From a virus, in IMG/VR virus record IMGVR_UViG_3300012931_000015, positions 32,001 through 96,000 of that record: a stretch of DNA of 64,000 nt. One strand, 5' to 3'. Below are positions 1 through 9,314 of this stretch, one piece after another. A model generated the notes under the pieces. That model saw nothing but the letters and a program-made list of their open reading frames with translations, was not told where the DNA came from and did not search any database. The first letter of the stretch is position 1; each line of letters begins with the position of its first letter. Position numbers and translations under genes: made by a program.

Positions 1-12
1 AGGTAATAAAAA

Positions 13-1749
13 ATGAGTACAAGTATAACAACTGCTGTAAATACAGTTTCGTTCGCGGAGACTGCGTTGACCTATAACATAAATAAATTAAATCGTGAAA
101 CATTATTACCCGGAATAACAAAAGGTGGGTTATTAACTAGAATTGCAGATAATCAAGTATCTATTGCTCCTTTTACAGCTTTGTTTCAAATGGACTATGG
201 TACAAGCCCTGTGCATAAATTATTAGTTAAATCTTATAATGCTTCAAGCGTAAGCGTAAATGTTACGGCTAGTCAACCTTATGTTGTAATGAGCATGAGT
301 TGGGTTAGAGAAGAAGATAATTATCCTATTGCTGATATAAAAAGTTTAGCCGAACTTGCAACATTAGATAGTTCTTACATAATAGTAGGCAAAGTACCTT
401 TTACAGGTAGTATTATAGACAGTCCGGCTACTTTTGATTATACAAACACAACAAGAGGATTCTTATACAATTCAAATCCGAGTAGTAGATCAAAACTTAT
501 AAGCCGAGTAGGTATAGAACCCGGTACTTCAATTACAGAAGAGCAAGATGTTATAAATCTTAAATATCTTAATGATAACACAGATTTAGGTATAAAACCT
601 AGTACACAAATACCTTTTGGACAAGGTACAAATTTTTTTGCGTATTCATCTGATTTTATATGGAATAATTCTACAAAACGATTGACATTAAACGGAAATA
701 TAAATTTAAGTTCTCCTACATCTACCTCTGATGTGGGTAATGTAGCTTATATGGATGCTAGGTATTTTGCCGGGTCAGAGCAGTCAACACCAAATTTATC
801 AGATAAAATGCCTTTATATGATGGGGCATATAAATATATTACATTAGATACAGTTCGTAAACCATATACCCATTCAAGCGTAACTGATGTTACCATTCAA
901 GATACAGATACTTATACTGACTATCTCATACCCCATACGACAGCAAACGGGTTTGTATTAAGAAATCTTCCGACACTTTCCGCTAATATCAACAAGAGAT
1001 ACAAATTCAAAAATACTGGAAACGGTATAACAAAAATCGTATCAGAGGAAGGAAGTAATATAATTTTTCAAAATAATTTTCTTTCCGATGTTTCAATTTT
1101 GATGATGGGTGATTTTGTTGAAATACTTGGGACATCATCAGGTTGGTTTGTTGAACACGCAAATATAAACATGATAACAAATTGGATTAATACAAATGAA
1201 TGGAGAACGAGAAGATTCGGTTCGGCTTTTACCTATGATAATAAGAGTAATTCGGGCGTTTCATGGACGGGTCAGCACATAACCGAGGCAACAAGTAATC
1301 AGAAAACAATAGTATTATACGATGAACAATTAAGCGGGACAACGGGGAAACTTCATGTTTATAATATAACGGACTCTTCAACAGGTCTCGGATTTTGGAC
1401 AAATAACCGAGTAATAACAGCCGGAGCAGATGGTGCTACTATGGATGTAAACGAGACTACTGGAACCTCAAAAATTATAAACAATTACATCCGAGTTGAT
1501 CCGTCAATAGCTGGTTTAATAGAACCTGAAATGACCGTCAATACAACAGCTTCATTTACAAATTCAAATAAAGTAGGATTTTATTCAGCGCAAACCAGCA
1601 ATGATATTTGTTCGGGATTTATAGATTCAAGTAATTTATTTATTGCTTCAGGCAATGGAGGTTTTACGGTAATTGATTATGCTAGTGGTAATAGAGTCTT
1701 TACGACAGGGGACTATTTTTATAATTTGTGCTGGAAAATAAATTTTTAA
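13..1749 (+). CDS. Tail fibre / receptor-binding-type virion protein
   Basis: 578 aa, T/S/N/G-rich and beta-strand-like. DV(I/G)NxxY repeats and an 'LPT..ANINKRYKFKNTGNG' module resemble tail fibre proteins. Followed by a chaperone-like gene and lysis genes. Confidence 0.6.
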   Translation: MSTSITTAVNTVSFAETALTYNINKLNRETLLPGITKGGLLTRIADNQVSIAPFTALFQMDYGTSPVHKLLVKSYNASSVSVNVTASQPYVVMSMSWVREEDNYPIADIKSLAELATLDSSYIIVGKVPFTGSIIDSPATFDYTNTTRGFLYNSNPSSRSKLISRVGIEPGTSITEEQDVINLKYLNDNTDLGIKPSTQIPFGQGTNFFAYSSDFIWNNSTKRLTLNGNINLSSPTSTSDVGNVAYMDARYFAGSEQSTPNLSDKMPLYDGAYKYITLDTVRKPYTHSSVTDVTIQDTDTYTDYLIPHTTANGFVLRNLPTLSANINKRYKFKNTGNGITKIVSEEGSNIIFQNNFLSDVSILMMGDFVEILGTSSGWFVEHANINMITNWINTNEWRTRRFGSAFTYDNKSNSGVSWTGQHITEATSNQKTIVLYDEQLSGTTGKLHVYNITDSSTGLGFWTNNRVITAGADGATMDVNETTGTSKIINNYIRVDPSIAGLIEPEMTVNTTASFTNSNKVGFYSAQTSNDICSGFIDSSNLFIASGNGGFTVIDYASGNRVFTTGDYFYNLCWKINF

Positions 1750-1761
1750 GGGAGTAAAAAA

Positions 1762-2247
1762 ATGGAAGAAAAAATACAAGCCAGCGAAGGCTTGATAAAA
1801 ATTCGTGAAACTGGCGAAATTATGACGGCAAATGAACATAACAGACTAACAGACAAATTGACAAATCCGGAAAGTTACGAACTATGGCAATCTTATAATG
1901 TTGACCCATATTCAAAAAATGATATGAAAATTGAAAATGATGAATTAGTTTTGAAAACTTTTGTTGATCGTATTATTGATATTAGAAAATCAGCTCTTGA
2001 CAAGATTGACGAAATGTCAAAAAAAGTTAAAGAAAAAGAAGATCAAAAAACAAGATTACAAGCAATTCAGTGTTGGGATGATGGGCAAGAAGCGGAATTA
2101 AATGATTTGCGAGTTGATTTAAATTTAGCAATAAATGATTTCAAAAACAGTCAAATAAAATTTATGACTTGTATAAATGAAACTGATTTTGAAAATGTAA
2201 AAACTGAATTATTGCCAATTTTTCAGAAATATAATATTAAAGTTTAA
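1762..2247 (+). CDS. Putative tail fibre assembly chaperone
   Basis: Acidic, helical 161 aa protein directly after the fibre gene; GGAG RBS. Confidence 0.4.
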   Translation: MEEKIQASEGLIKIRETGEIMTANEHNRLTDKLTNPESYELWQSYNVDPYSKNDMKIENDELVLKTFVDRIIDIRKSALDKIDEMSKKVKEKEDQKTRLQAIQCWDDGQEAELNDLRVDLNLAINDFKNSQIKFMTCINETDFENVKTELLPIFQKYNIKV

Positions 2248-2266
2248 AATAATAAGGATTATAAAA

Positions 2267-2587
2267 ATGAGTAATGATAATTTACCTGTAAATGGTTATA
2301 CAATAAAAGAATTATTAAATAAGTACATAGAAGATGATTCTTTATTTAAAGTAGAATTAAAAGAAGACTTAAAAGGCATAAAAGAATTTATTCATAAACA
2401 AGATTTAATAAATTATGATTTGTTTAATTTTAAAAAAACTATAGAAAAAGAAAAAGAAGAAAAAAAAAAAGAAGAAAAAGATGATAAAAATAAAATGAAG
2501 TGGTATAAAAGGGATTATATAAAGATAATTTTAACTAGCTTTTTAACAGGTATTGCCATAAAAATTTTAGGAATTTTTGTAAAGTAG
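2267..2587 (+). CDS. Coiled-coil protein with C-terminal TM helix (holin/XhlA-like accessory)
   Basis: C-terminal IILTSFLTGIAIKILGIFV; located in the lysis-type cluster. Confidence 0.4.
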   Translation: MSNDNLPVNGYTIKELLNKYIEDDSLFKVELKEDLKGIKEFIHKQDLINYDLFNFKKTIEKEKEEKKKEEKDDKNKMKWYKRDYIKIILTSFLTGIAIKILGIFVK

Positions 2588-2612
2588 AATTATAAAGTAT
2601 AAAGGATAAAAT

Positions 2613-3029
2613 ATGAATATAGAAAAAGTTATGCCTTATTTTAGTTTTTTACAAACTGAATTATGGAAAAATATTCAAGGGTTGTTTTTTTTATCTATTA
2701 CTATTGCTTTTATTGTGTGTATAGTAGTTCAAGCAATAAAAAAAGCAGATGACACAATTTTTTTAAAATCTGAATTATCAAAAAATCCTTTATTTGTCAT
2801 AAACGGATTTTTAAATTTTTTAATTACTTTTATAATTATTTTAATTTTTGATGGGTTATCAAAATGGTATCTGACTGGACTTTATATATTACTAATATTT
2901 TTATTTAGCTTTGCTTTATCAATTTTGTGCTATGATTATTTTTTAAAGTATATATTTAAAATTTTAGATATAATAGATTTGTGGTTAGAAAATAAAAAAA
3001 ATAAACTAAAGGAAAATAAAAAAGAGTAA
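2613..3029 (+). CDS. Putative holin
   Basis: Three hydrophobic segments and a highly basic C-terminus. Confidence 0.55.
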   Translation: MNIEKVMPYFSFLQTELWKNIQGLFFLSITIAFIVCIVVQAIKKADDTIFLKSELSKNPLFVINGFLNFLITFIIILIFDGLSKWYLTGLYILLIFLFSFALSILCYDYFLKYIFKILDIIDLWLENKKNKLKENKKE

Positions 3030-3034
3030 TTTTT

Positions 3035-3214
3035 ATGAAAAATAGAAAATTAACAAAAACAGATAAAACTTTTTTAGAAATGATAGATAGAGAAAATTAT
3101 GATATTTTTGAATGTATAAATGATGATCCTTTATATGCTACTAGAAAAGATATTAAAGATAAAACTTGTCCTTATTGTAAAAAGCAAGGCATATTATATG
3201 AGGATAAAAAATGA
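3035..3214 (+). CDS. Small Cys-containing hypothetical protein (59 aa, not in ORF track)
   Basis: MKNRKLTKTDK...[15 protein letters not shown]; stop overlaps the next ATG (ATGA). Confidence 0.55.
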   Translation: MKNRKLTKTDKTFLEMIDRENYDIFECINDDPLYATRKDIKDKTCPYCKKQGILYEDKK

Positions 3215-3399
3215 TAACTGATACCTCACAAAATTTATATAATTATGGTACATCAAATACATTTATAGATGAAGACTTATATTTAATAAAATTTAGAACT
3301 TCAGGAAATGCAAAATATATTACAATTGATTGGAATAAATATTATCAAGAATATTTATTATTAAAATTAAATAAAAAATTTAGAGGAGAAAAAATGTAA
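3211..3399 (+). CDS. Hypothetical protein
   Basis: Translationally coupled on both sides; AGGA RBS. Confidence 0.5.
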   Translation: MITDTSQNLYNYGTSNTFIDEDLYLIKFRTSGNAKYITIDWNKYYQEYLLLKLNKKFRGEKM

Positions 3400-3596
3400 T
3401 GGATAAATGTTGTCAATGTGGAAATGTATTAAATACCGGAGATGATATTTCAGGAATTTGTAGTTCTTGTAAAGAAAAAAATAAATTTTCATTTGGTTGG
3501 ATATGCCCTATTTGTGGTAGAGGGAATTCACCTTTTACAAGTACCTGCTCATGTAAACCTATGAACTATACTATAACTTGTAATAATAAAGGATAA
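3399..3596 (+). CDS. Small Zn-finger protein
   Basis: CCQC..CSSC..WICPICG..CSC; AGGAG RBS. Confidence 0.6.
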   Translation: MDKCCQCGNVLNTGDDISGICSSCKEKNKFSFGWICPICGRGNSPFTSTCSCKPMNYTITCNNKG

Positions 3597-3600
3597 AAAA

Positions 3601-4308
3601 ATGATAAAATTACTAAATACTATTAAGGATTTTTTTACAAACTACAAAACTTTAATTAAAACAATTATTACACTTTTTATAATATTATGTTTAATTACTT
3701 TTGGTTTTATTGTTGTAAAAAAAATAAATGATTTCTTTTCTAATAAATATAGCGAAGAGAAAAAAACACTTATTGCTGACAATAAAAAACTATTAGAAGA
3801 AAAAGAAAAAAACTTAATTGAGCTAAATAAACAATTAAGTGAAAGAGATAAACAAATAAAAAAACTTAAAGATCAAATACCGTCTAGTTATACATCAAAT
3901 GAATTAGATAAAATAAACTGTGATATAAAAAATAAAATTATATTAGATCAACAGGGTAATATAGTTGAGCTAAATAAAATTATAGATAGTGATACAAAAC
4001 TACTAGATCAAGCAAAAAAAGATATAGAAGAATTAAATAAAACATTGAAAGAAACAAATGAAAAATATGCTAAATCTCCTGACCCTAAAAAAAATAGTTT
4101 AAAACTTTTTGTGCTTGGTGGTTTATCAGTTGTAAACAATAGCAATGGAAATTTAGAATTTAAACCGGACTTATATTGTGGACTAGCTTATGCTCGAAAT
4201 TTATTTTTAAGTAAATTAATAGATGTTGACATAGAATTTGGCGGTGCAGTAAAAGTGTATAAAGATTTAGGATTTGGGGTTGAATTAGCTTCCGTTTTCG
4301 GATTTTAA
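3601..4308 (+). CDS. Spanin-like protein (N-terminal TM, coiled coil, C-terminal amphipathic beta-strands ending in Phe)
   Basis: TM at about aa 19-40, long heptad region, terminal GFGVELASVFGF; last gene of the lysis cluster. Confidence 0.5.
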   Translation: MIKLLNTIKDFFTNYKTLIKTIITLFIILCLITFGFIVVKKINDFFSNKYSEEKKTLIADNKKLLEEKEKNLIELNKQLSERDKQIKKLKDQIPSSYTSNELDKINCDIKNKIILDQQGNIVELNKIIDSDTKLLDQAKKDIEELNKTLKETNEKYAKSPDPKKNSLKLFVLGGLSVVNNSNGNLEFKPDLYCGLAYARNLFLSKLIDVDIEFGGAVKVYKDLGFGVELASVFGF

Positions 4309-4317
4309 AAATAAGTA

Positions 4318-4929
4318 TTATTGATCTTTGTTACTATTTATCAAGTTCTGTATTGTTTCAAAATTTTCGTCTGTATCTAATAACTCTGTGAATACGAAAT
4401 TGTTCCAAGTCCAGTGAGTGCCATTATTTTTCAATCCATAACCCCTATTTTCGTATAGGTATATTTTTACAAAGTTCAACAAAGTATTCCCACTAAAATT
4501 TATATTTTCGGTTACGTTTCCAAATATAGATTTATATTGTATTCTTTTGAGAGGTAAATCATTTATTTTTGTTACATTAAAACTTGGTATGTAATATTTT
4601 ACTTTTAATTTCCAAGCATTTATGAATTTATCAGAATCTATGCCTAGTTCTACTATTTTAAGTTTCGGCGTAAAGTAAGTATCTATTTGTGATCTAAAAT
4701 CAAACAGTATTCTCATTTTTTGATTTTCAGTAAATTGTTTAAAAGTATAATCATCAATAGAACCACCAGCTTCGGGGTCATTTAATATTTCACCTTTTCC
4801 GGTTTTACACCAGCTAGTAAAAGCATTTTTAACAGCATCGGCATTTTCAGGAATAGTGGGTTCTCCTGTTTCAGAGTCTAAATTGTCATTTACATCATAA
4901 TCCCAAAGTGCTATATTAGTTGTACTCAT
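4318..4929 (-). CDS. Baseplate wedge gp25/GpW-like protein
   Basis: 'NADAVKNAFTSWCKTGKGEILNDPEAGGSIDDYTF' matches the gp25 T..GE...P..G pattern. Confidence 0.65.
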   Translation of the reverse strand: MSTTNIALWDYDVNDNLDSETGEPTIPENADAVKNAFTSWCKTGKGEILNDPEAGGSIDDYTFKQFTENQKMRILFDFRSQIDTYFTPKLKIVELGIDSDKFINAWKLKVKYYIPSFNVTKINDLPLKRIQYKSIFGNVTENINFSGNTLLNFVKIYLYENRGYGLKNNGTHWTWNNFVFTELLDTDENFETIQNLINSNKDQ

Positions 4930-4999
4930 AGTAGTTTTTTTCCATAGATATTTTGATAGTTGTGTGTTTATTAGTAGTTTAAAATTAACTATATATAAT

Positions 5000-5070
5000 T
5001 GTAAAGAAAGTGTAAATTATTAAAATATATTCAAATTTTATTTGACTTATTTGTTTTATTTTGATATATT
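5000..5070 (+). promoter_or_regulatory. Sigma70-type promoter with upstream TGTAAA-N5-TGTAAA box (copy 1)
   Basis: TTGACT (5042-5047), 17 nt, TATATT with extended TG; 27 bp identical to 27758-27784. Confidence 0.7.
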
Positions 5071-5099
5071 GTGAATATAAATAAATAAAGGGAATAATT

Positions 5100-5426
5100 A
5101 TGACAATAGAAAAAATTAAAGAAAGATTTGAAAATACAGGTTATAGGTTTGGTTTTAAAACTGAAGATAATAGCAATGAAATAAAATCAATAGCTTATGG
5201 CAATGGCTGGGGTCAACTTTTTCTTAAAATGATTTTAATTGATATAAAAGAAAATACAATTAGTTATGAGTTTTCTTGTGCTACAAATTGTAGGTTAGAT
5301 CAGAGAATACTATTACCTTTAACAGATGATTTTAGTATACCTAAAGTTGATGATTTTAAAAATTTTATATTCGACAATAAAGAATTAGCTTTGAAAAAAG
5401 ATGATCCAAATGAATATAAAGTTTAA
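5100..5426 (+). CDS. Hypothetical protein (+ strand island 1)
   Basis: ORF with RBS directly behind the promoter. Confidence 0.6.
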   Translation: MTIEKIKERFENTGYRFGFKTEDNSNEIKSIAYGNGWGQLFLKMILIDIKENTISYEFSCATNCRLDQRILLPLTDDFSIPKVDDFKNFIFDNKELALKKDDPNEYKV

Positions 5427-5446
5427 AACAATAGAGGAATAACAAT

Positions 5447-6040
5447 ATGATGAGTAAAGAATTACTATTACAGAAAAAAGAACTTCTTGATATACAGTTG
5501 AAATCTCTTGAAGCTAAAAGAACCAAAATATATAATCAATTAACAAAAATTCAAGAAAACGAAGATCAGAAAATTATAAATAATTGGAAAGGAACTGAAA
5601 AAGATTGGGAATGGGTTCTTGATGCCTCTAGCGAATCGTCTATAAAGTATAAGTTTATGAGAAATAAATTTGAAGAATTGAAACTTTGGAATGGGGGTGT
5701 TTGGAGTCAAACAAAACAACGTTGTATTCAAATTATTAAAGGATATAGTAACCTTGACAGCTTAAAATTTATTATTAATTATTTAAAACCATTCGATGTT
5801 AAAGATTTACTAAACAACGTAAAAGATGTTTCCTTAAAAGGAAATTTTAAAGCAATTACTACATTAACAAATTATTCAGATAATTCAAACTTTGTTTTGT
5901 TAATTAATGAGACTAATGATAAGTTTATTGTGATTGACATTTATGAACGTTATAATAATAATTATAAAGTGTTTAAAACTATTGATGAAGCTTATAATTG
6001 GATATGTAGTAATTTATTTGATGATGAGGAGAAAATATGA
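5447..6040 (+). CDS. Hypothetical protein (+ strand island 1)
   Basis: 197 aa ORF; GAGGA RBS. Confidence 0.65.
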   Translation: MMSKELLLQKKELLDIQLKSLEAKRTKIYNQLTKIQENEDQKIINNWKGTEKDWEWVLDASSESSIKYKFMRNKFEELKLWNGGVWSQTKQRCIQIIKGYSNLDSLKFIINYLKPFDVKDLLNNVKDVSLKGNFKAITTLTNYSDNSNFVLLINETNDKFIVIDIYERYNNNYKVFKTIDEAYNWICSNLFDDEEKI

Positions 6041-6294
6041 AGTCTACTGAATTAAAAGAAAAACTTATGTGTTCAGAAGTATCTTTTTATAAAGGAATAT
6101 TTATAGCAAGAAAAGGATTTTTTTATCGTCTTGGGCAGTCTCAAAAAATTTTTAAAGAAGATATAGAAAATAAATTAAAAAATTTAAAGTTGGATTATGA
6201 AATAGTAGATTCCGGCGAAGTCTATAAAGCTTTTAGAGGTGGATCAGAATTAAAAAATTCATCTCATTGGTTTGTAAAATTTATTATTAAATAA
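6037..6294 (+). CDS. Hypothetical protein (+ strand island 1)
   Basis: ATGA overlap; GAGGAG RBS. Confidence 0.6.
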   Translation: MKSTELKEKLMCSEVSFYKGIFIARKGFFYRLGQSQKIFKEDIENKLKNLKLDYEIVDSGEVYKAFRGGSELKNSSHWFVKFIIK

Positions 6295-6317
6295 CAATTT
6301 AGAAGGAGATCAAAAAT

Positions 6318-6683
6318 ATGGAATTTATTATATCACGAGCTTCAGATTACCATGGTATTGAAGAAGATGTAAAACCTTGTGATGAAGCATACAAAATAAA
6401 AAAAGAAAACTGGGAAACAAGAACTTGTTCGGAAGAAGAATTTAATAAAAAGTTTTCTGATAGGCAAGGATTATGGAGAAGTAAAGGAAAAAATCATTGT
6501 ATCACATCAAAAGGTTATATTCAACGTCAAATGGAAGATGAAGATTGCTGGGTAGTTAAAATTTCTTCATTGGAAGAATTACATAATTTTATTAAGCATC
6601 ATGGAGAGCTTATAGTTTCTAGTTGTGTAGTTGGAAGAGAAAGAGAAATGTGTATTGAAATTTATGATGATTATGTAGAATAA
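6318..6683 (+). CDS. Hypothetical phage protein
   Basis: AAGGAG RBS; C-terminal IEIYDDYVE resembles a recurring small phage protein family. Confidence 0.6.
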   Translation: MEFIISRASDYHGIEEDVKPCDEAYKIKKENWETRTCSEEEFNKKFSDRQGLWRSKGKNHCITSKGYIQRQMEDEDCWVVKISSLEELHNFIKHHGELIVSSCVVGREREMCIEIYDDYVE

Positions 6684-6702
6684 CACAATAAAGGAATACT
6701 GC

Positions 6703-7323
6703 ATGAATAGAGATTATGATAACGAAAAAACTTTAAAAGAAAATATTAAGATAGTTGAATATAAGAATTGGAACACAAAAAAAGTTATGAATGAAAATTA
6801 TAATATGAGGATATATAGAAAAGTTCCGAAGACATTAAAGTTTAAAAATATAATGATAAATGATATGAATCAAAACTTTTGTGGCGGTTGGGGCTTAAAC
6901 AATTTTCCATTATTATCCGATGATAATTATCTTTTAGAAAGAGTTTTAAAAGGATTTAAGCCAATGGGTGTTTTTATTTTTGATAAAGAAAATAAATACA
7001 AAATTGATACTTTATTGGAAAAAGTAAATACTGAAAAGTTTTTTACAAAGATAATTAAATATAAAGGGCATAACAAAAAATATATAGAAGTAATAGTTGC
7101 TGTAAAAGGAAAGTTAAAAGATTTATTTGATTTAAAATTATTACAAGAAGATTATAGAAATAACAATATTGAAATAAATCTTGAAGATGTTGGCGAAAGA
7201 GAATTAAGCTATTATTTTAATGAATGGGATCATCAAGACGAAAATAGTAAAATAAAATTATGGGAAACCGGACTGATCTTAGGCTACCCTATAGAGAATA
7301 CAATTTCTATTTTTAGACAGTAA
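6703..7323 (+). CDS. Hypothetical protein
   Basis: 206 aa; AAGGA RBS; C-terminal GLILGYP. Confidence 0.6.
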   Translation: MNRDYDNEKTLKENIKIVEYKNWNTKKVMNENYNMRIYRKVPKTLKFKNIMINDMNQNFCGGWGLNNFPLLSDDNYLLERVLKGFKPMGVFIFDKENKYKIDTLLEKVNTEKFFTKIIKYKGHNKKYIEVIVAVKGKLKDLFDLKLLQEDYRNNNIEINLEDVGERELSYYFNEWDHQDENSKIKLWETGLILGYPIENTISIFRQ

Positions 7324-8851
7324 TTTTAACATTATCTAAAATACTTCCATCTTCATATACTATGCTTTGTTTACTCTCCGAATCGGCACAAACTGATATT
7401 GTTGAATAATAATCATCTATTGACTTAACCCTATACACATAAGTTTGACCAGAAATTAATGAGGTTGTATCAATATGATACTGAACTGTTGCCCCTGTAT
7501 CTGGATCAACAGAAGTTTCATCTATTGTTGCTATAAGATAATCCTCTGTCCAGTCTGAATTATCTAAAACTAAACTTGCGTTTTTTCTATATACTTTATA
7601 TTTATTTGAGTGATAATTACTTATCCATCTAACATAAATATTATTATTTATATTTTTAAATACTGCTTTTACTGAAGGAGTTGGAATCCAGTTTGAAGAA
7701 TTTATTCCAAAAATTGTAAGCTTGTGTTCCTCTTTTAAAATTTTAGCTTCTAAAGCTGTTGAAGAACTATTTATTGTATTATACTGAATTATTTTACCAT
7801 CTGGAAAACTAACCAAACTAGATATTTGTGCTTCCCTTAAACTATTAACTGTTGTGCTTACTGCTGGGCTTCCAAAAATTGTATTAACCCCTCCGGTACT
7901 ATAAATAGCTGTTTTTCTATTTGAGGCAGTAGTTTTGTAACTATTTAGATCAGCTACCATATTTGTTAATGCGGTGTTTATATTAGACCTGTTAGTAGGG
8001 AGGTCATCGTCCCAAATTTGAAAGTTAGTTTTATAACTATTTATTGCTGTTATTTGAGTTTCAATCGAAGTTTTAAAAGTTGATAGTCCTGAATCTAAAC
8101 CCGTAAAAAAAGATGTATTTACTATATAAGGATTACTATTTATATTCGTATAAAAATCAGTCATAGTTGCTAAATAAGCTAATTCATTATTTAAGTAGTT
8201 TAGTAAAGTTGTAATTTTTGTATATATTGTTGCATCCCAATAATCAGGGGTATCAGCAGAACCATCACCGAAATTATATCTCCACAAAAAAGGACTAGAA
8301 GCATCTTGTTCAGTAGTTGCTGGATCATTATCTATAGTTCTAGTATTTCTAAATCCTGTACCGCTTCGTAAATCTTGAGCAATAATCATAGCATCCGAAG
8401 CTTCATCAGAAGTACCATAAATATAACCACTTGTTTGGTTTCCCACACTTGATGCAGGTGTGCCTAAAAAATCTATTAAATCTTGATAAATAGAAGTTGC
8501 ACCAATAGATAAACTATTATCAGTTATGTAAGTAGATAGTGGTGATTTTAGTATACCATCACTTTCGTAAATATTGTTATCAAAAACCCATGCGTCCATC
8601 GTTGTAGAAGTTAAATTATTGACTATACTACCAGTTGTGTATAACCCAATTAAATGATTCCAATAAATATCAATTATAGCATCAATACCTAAATAATCTC
8701 CTGTTTTAAAAAGAGTGTCTTTTATAAAATTTATTTCTGCGAGTAAATTAGCCAACGCTGTAGCTTTTGCAGTAACTAAAGGGGGCGAGTATGTATCAAT
8801 TGTAGTGCTTCTATTTTTTTTACTATTATCAATATATTCAGTTGTAGTCAT
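7313..8851 (-). CDS. Virion structural protein with C-terminal FN3-like domain
   Basis: Acidic and T/S-rich; 'VRW...YKVYRK...GQTYVYRVKS' FN3-like pattern; in the baseplate operon. Confidence 0.5.
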   Translation of the reverse strand: MTTTEYIDNSKKNRSTTIDTYSPPLVTAKATALANLLAEINFIKDTLFKTGDYLGIDAIIDIYWNHLIGLYTTGSIVNNLTSTTMDAWVFDNNIYESDGILKSPLSTYITDNSLSIGATSIYQDLIDFLGTPASSVGNQTSGYIYGTSDEASDAMIIAQDLRSGTGFRNTRTIDNDPATTEQDASSPFLWRYNFGDGSADTPDYWDATIYTKITTLLNYLNNELAYLATMTDFYTNINSNPYIVNTSFFTGLDSGLSTFKTSIETQITAINSYKTNFQIWDDDLPTNRSNINTALTNMVADLNSYKTTASNRKTAIYSTGGVNTIFGSPAVSTTVNSLREAQISSLVSFPDGKIIQYNTINSSSTALEAKILKEEHKLTIFGINSSNWIPTPSVKAVFKNINNNIYVRWISNYHSNKYKVYRKNASLVLDNSDWTEDYLIATIDETSVDPDTGATVQYHIDTTSLISGQTYVYRVKSIDDYYSTISVCADSESKQSIVYEDGSILDNVKITV

Positions 8852-8860
8852 AATCTTTTA

Positions 8861-9244
8861 TCATACTCCTTTTGTTTTTACTTGTCCGGCAACCTTAAAC
8901 TCTGCTTTACAATTACAAGAAATTGTAGAACCATCTATTGAGCTTACAAATGTGCCATTACATTGCCCGTTGTCATTTTCAAGGAAAATAGGAAAATTTT
9001 CTGCTAAACACTTTTTTGAAGAAGCTGCTATTGTTCCCACTCCGCCTAAATGAACATAATTTGGGTTTTGGTTTTGGCAATTATTTTGTATATCAAGCCA
9101 AACGTTGATAAGAACTTGTTTATTTTTTGTTAAAACTTTTGTACTTTTTTGCTCTATTGCTACATAATTATTTTGATTTGGAATTCCAGATGAGGAAGGT
9201 GTAAACAAAATAGAATATGCTTCATTACAAATAGCATTAGCCAT
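8861..9244 (-). CDS. PAAR-like baseplate spike-tip candidate
   Basis: Small Cys/His protein with repeated 'STKV/SSKK/QVKT' segments, downstream of the spike gene. Confidence 0.45.
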   Translation of the reverse strand: MANAICNEAYSILFTPSSSGIPNQNNYVAIEQKSTKVLTKNKQVLINVWLDIQNNCQNQNPNYVHLGGVGTIAASSKKCLAENFPIFLENDNGQCNGTFVSSIDGSTISCNCKAEFKVAGQVKTKGV

Positions 9245-9314
9245 ATAGATATTAGTATTTAAAATTTGACAAAATTAGTATTTATGTTATACTAATAATT
9301 TAAAGGTATTTTTT

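Noticed and set aside
13-1749. Diversity-generating retroelement acting on the tail fibre
   Set aside because: No reverse transcriptase or template/variable repeat pair was seen in the window.
9290-9297. + strand TACTAATA copies at 9290 and 15884 as late promoters
   Set aside because: Both overlap a sigma70 TATACT -10 with a matching -35, so they are ambiguous and were not counted.
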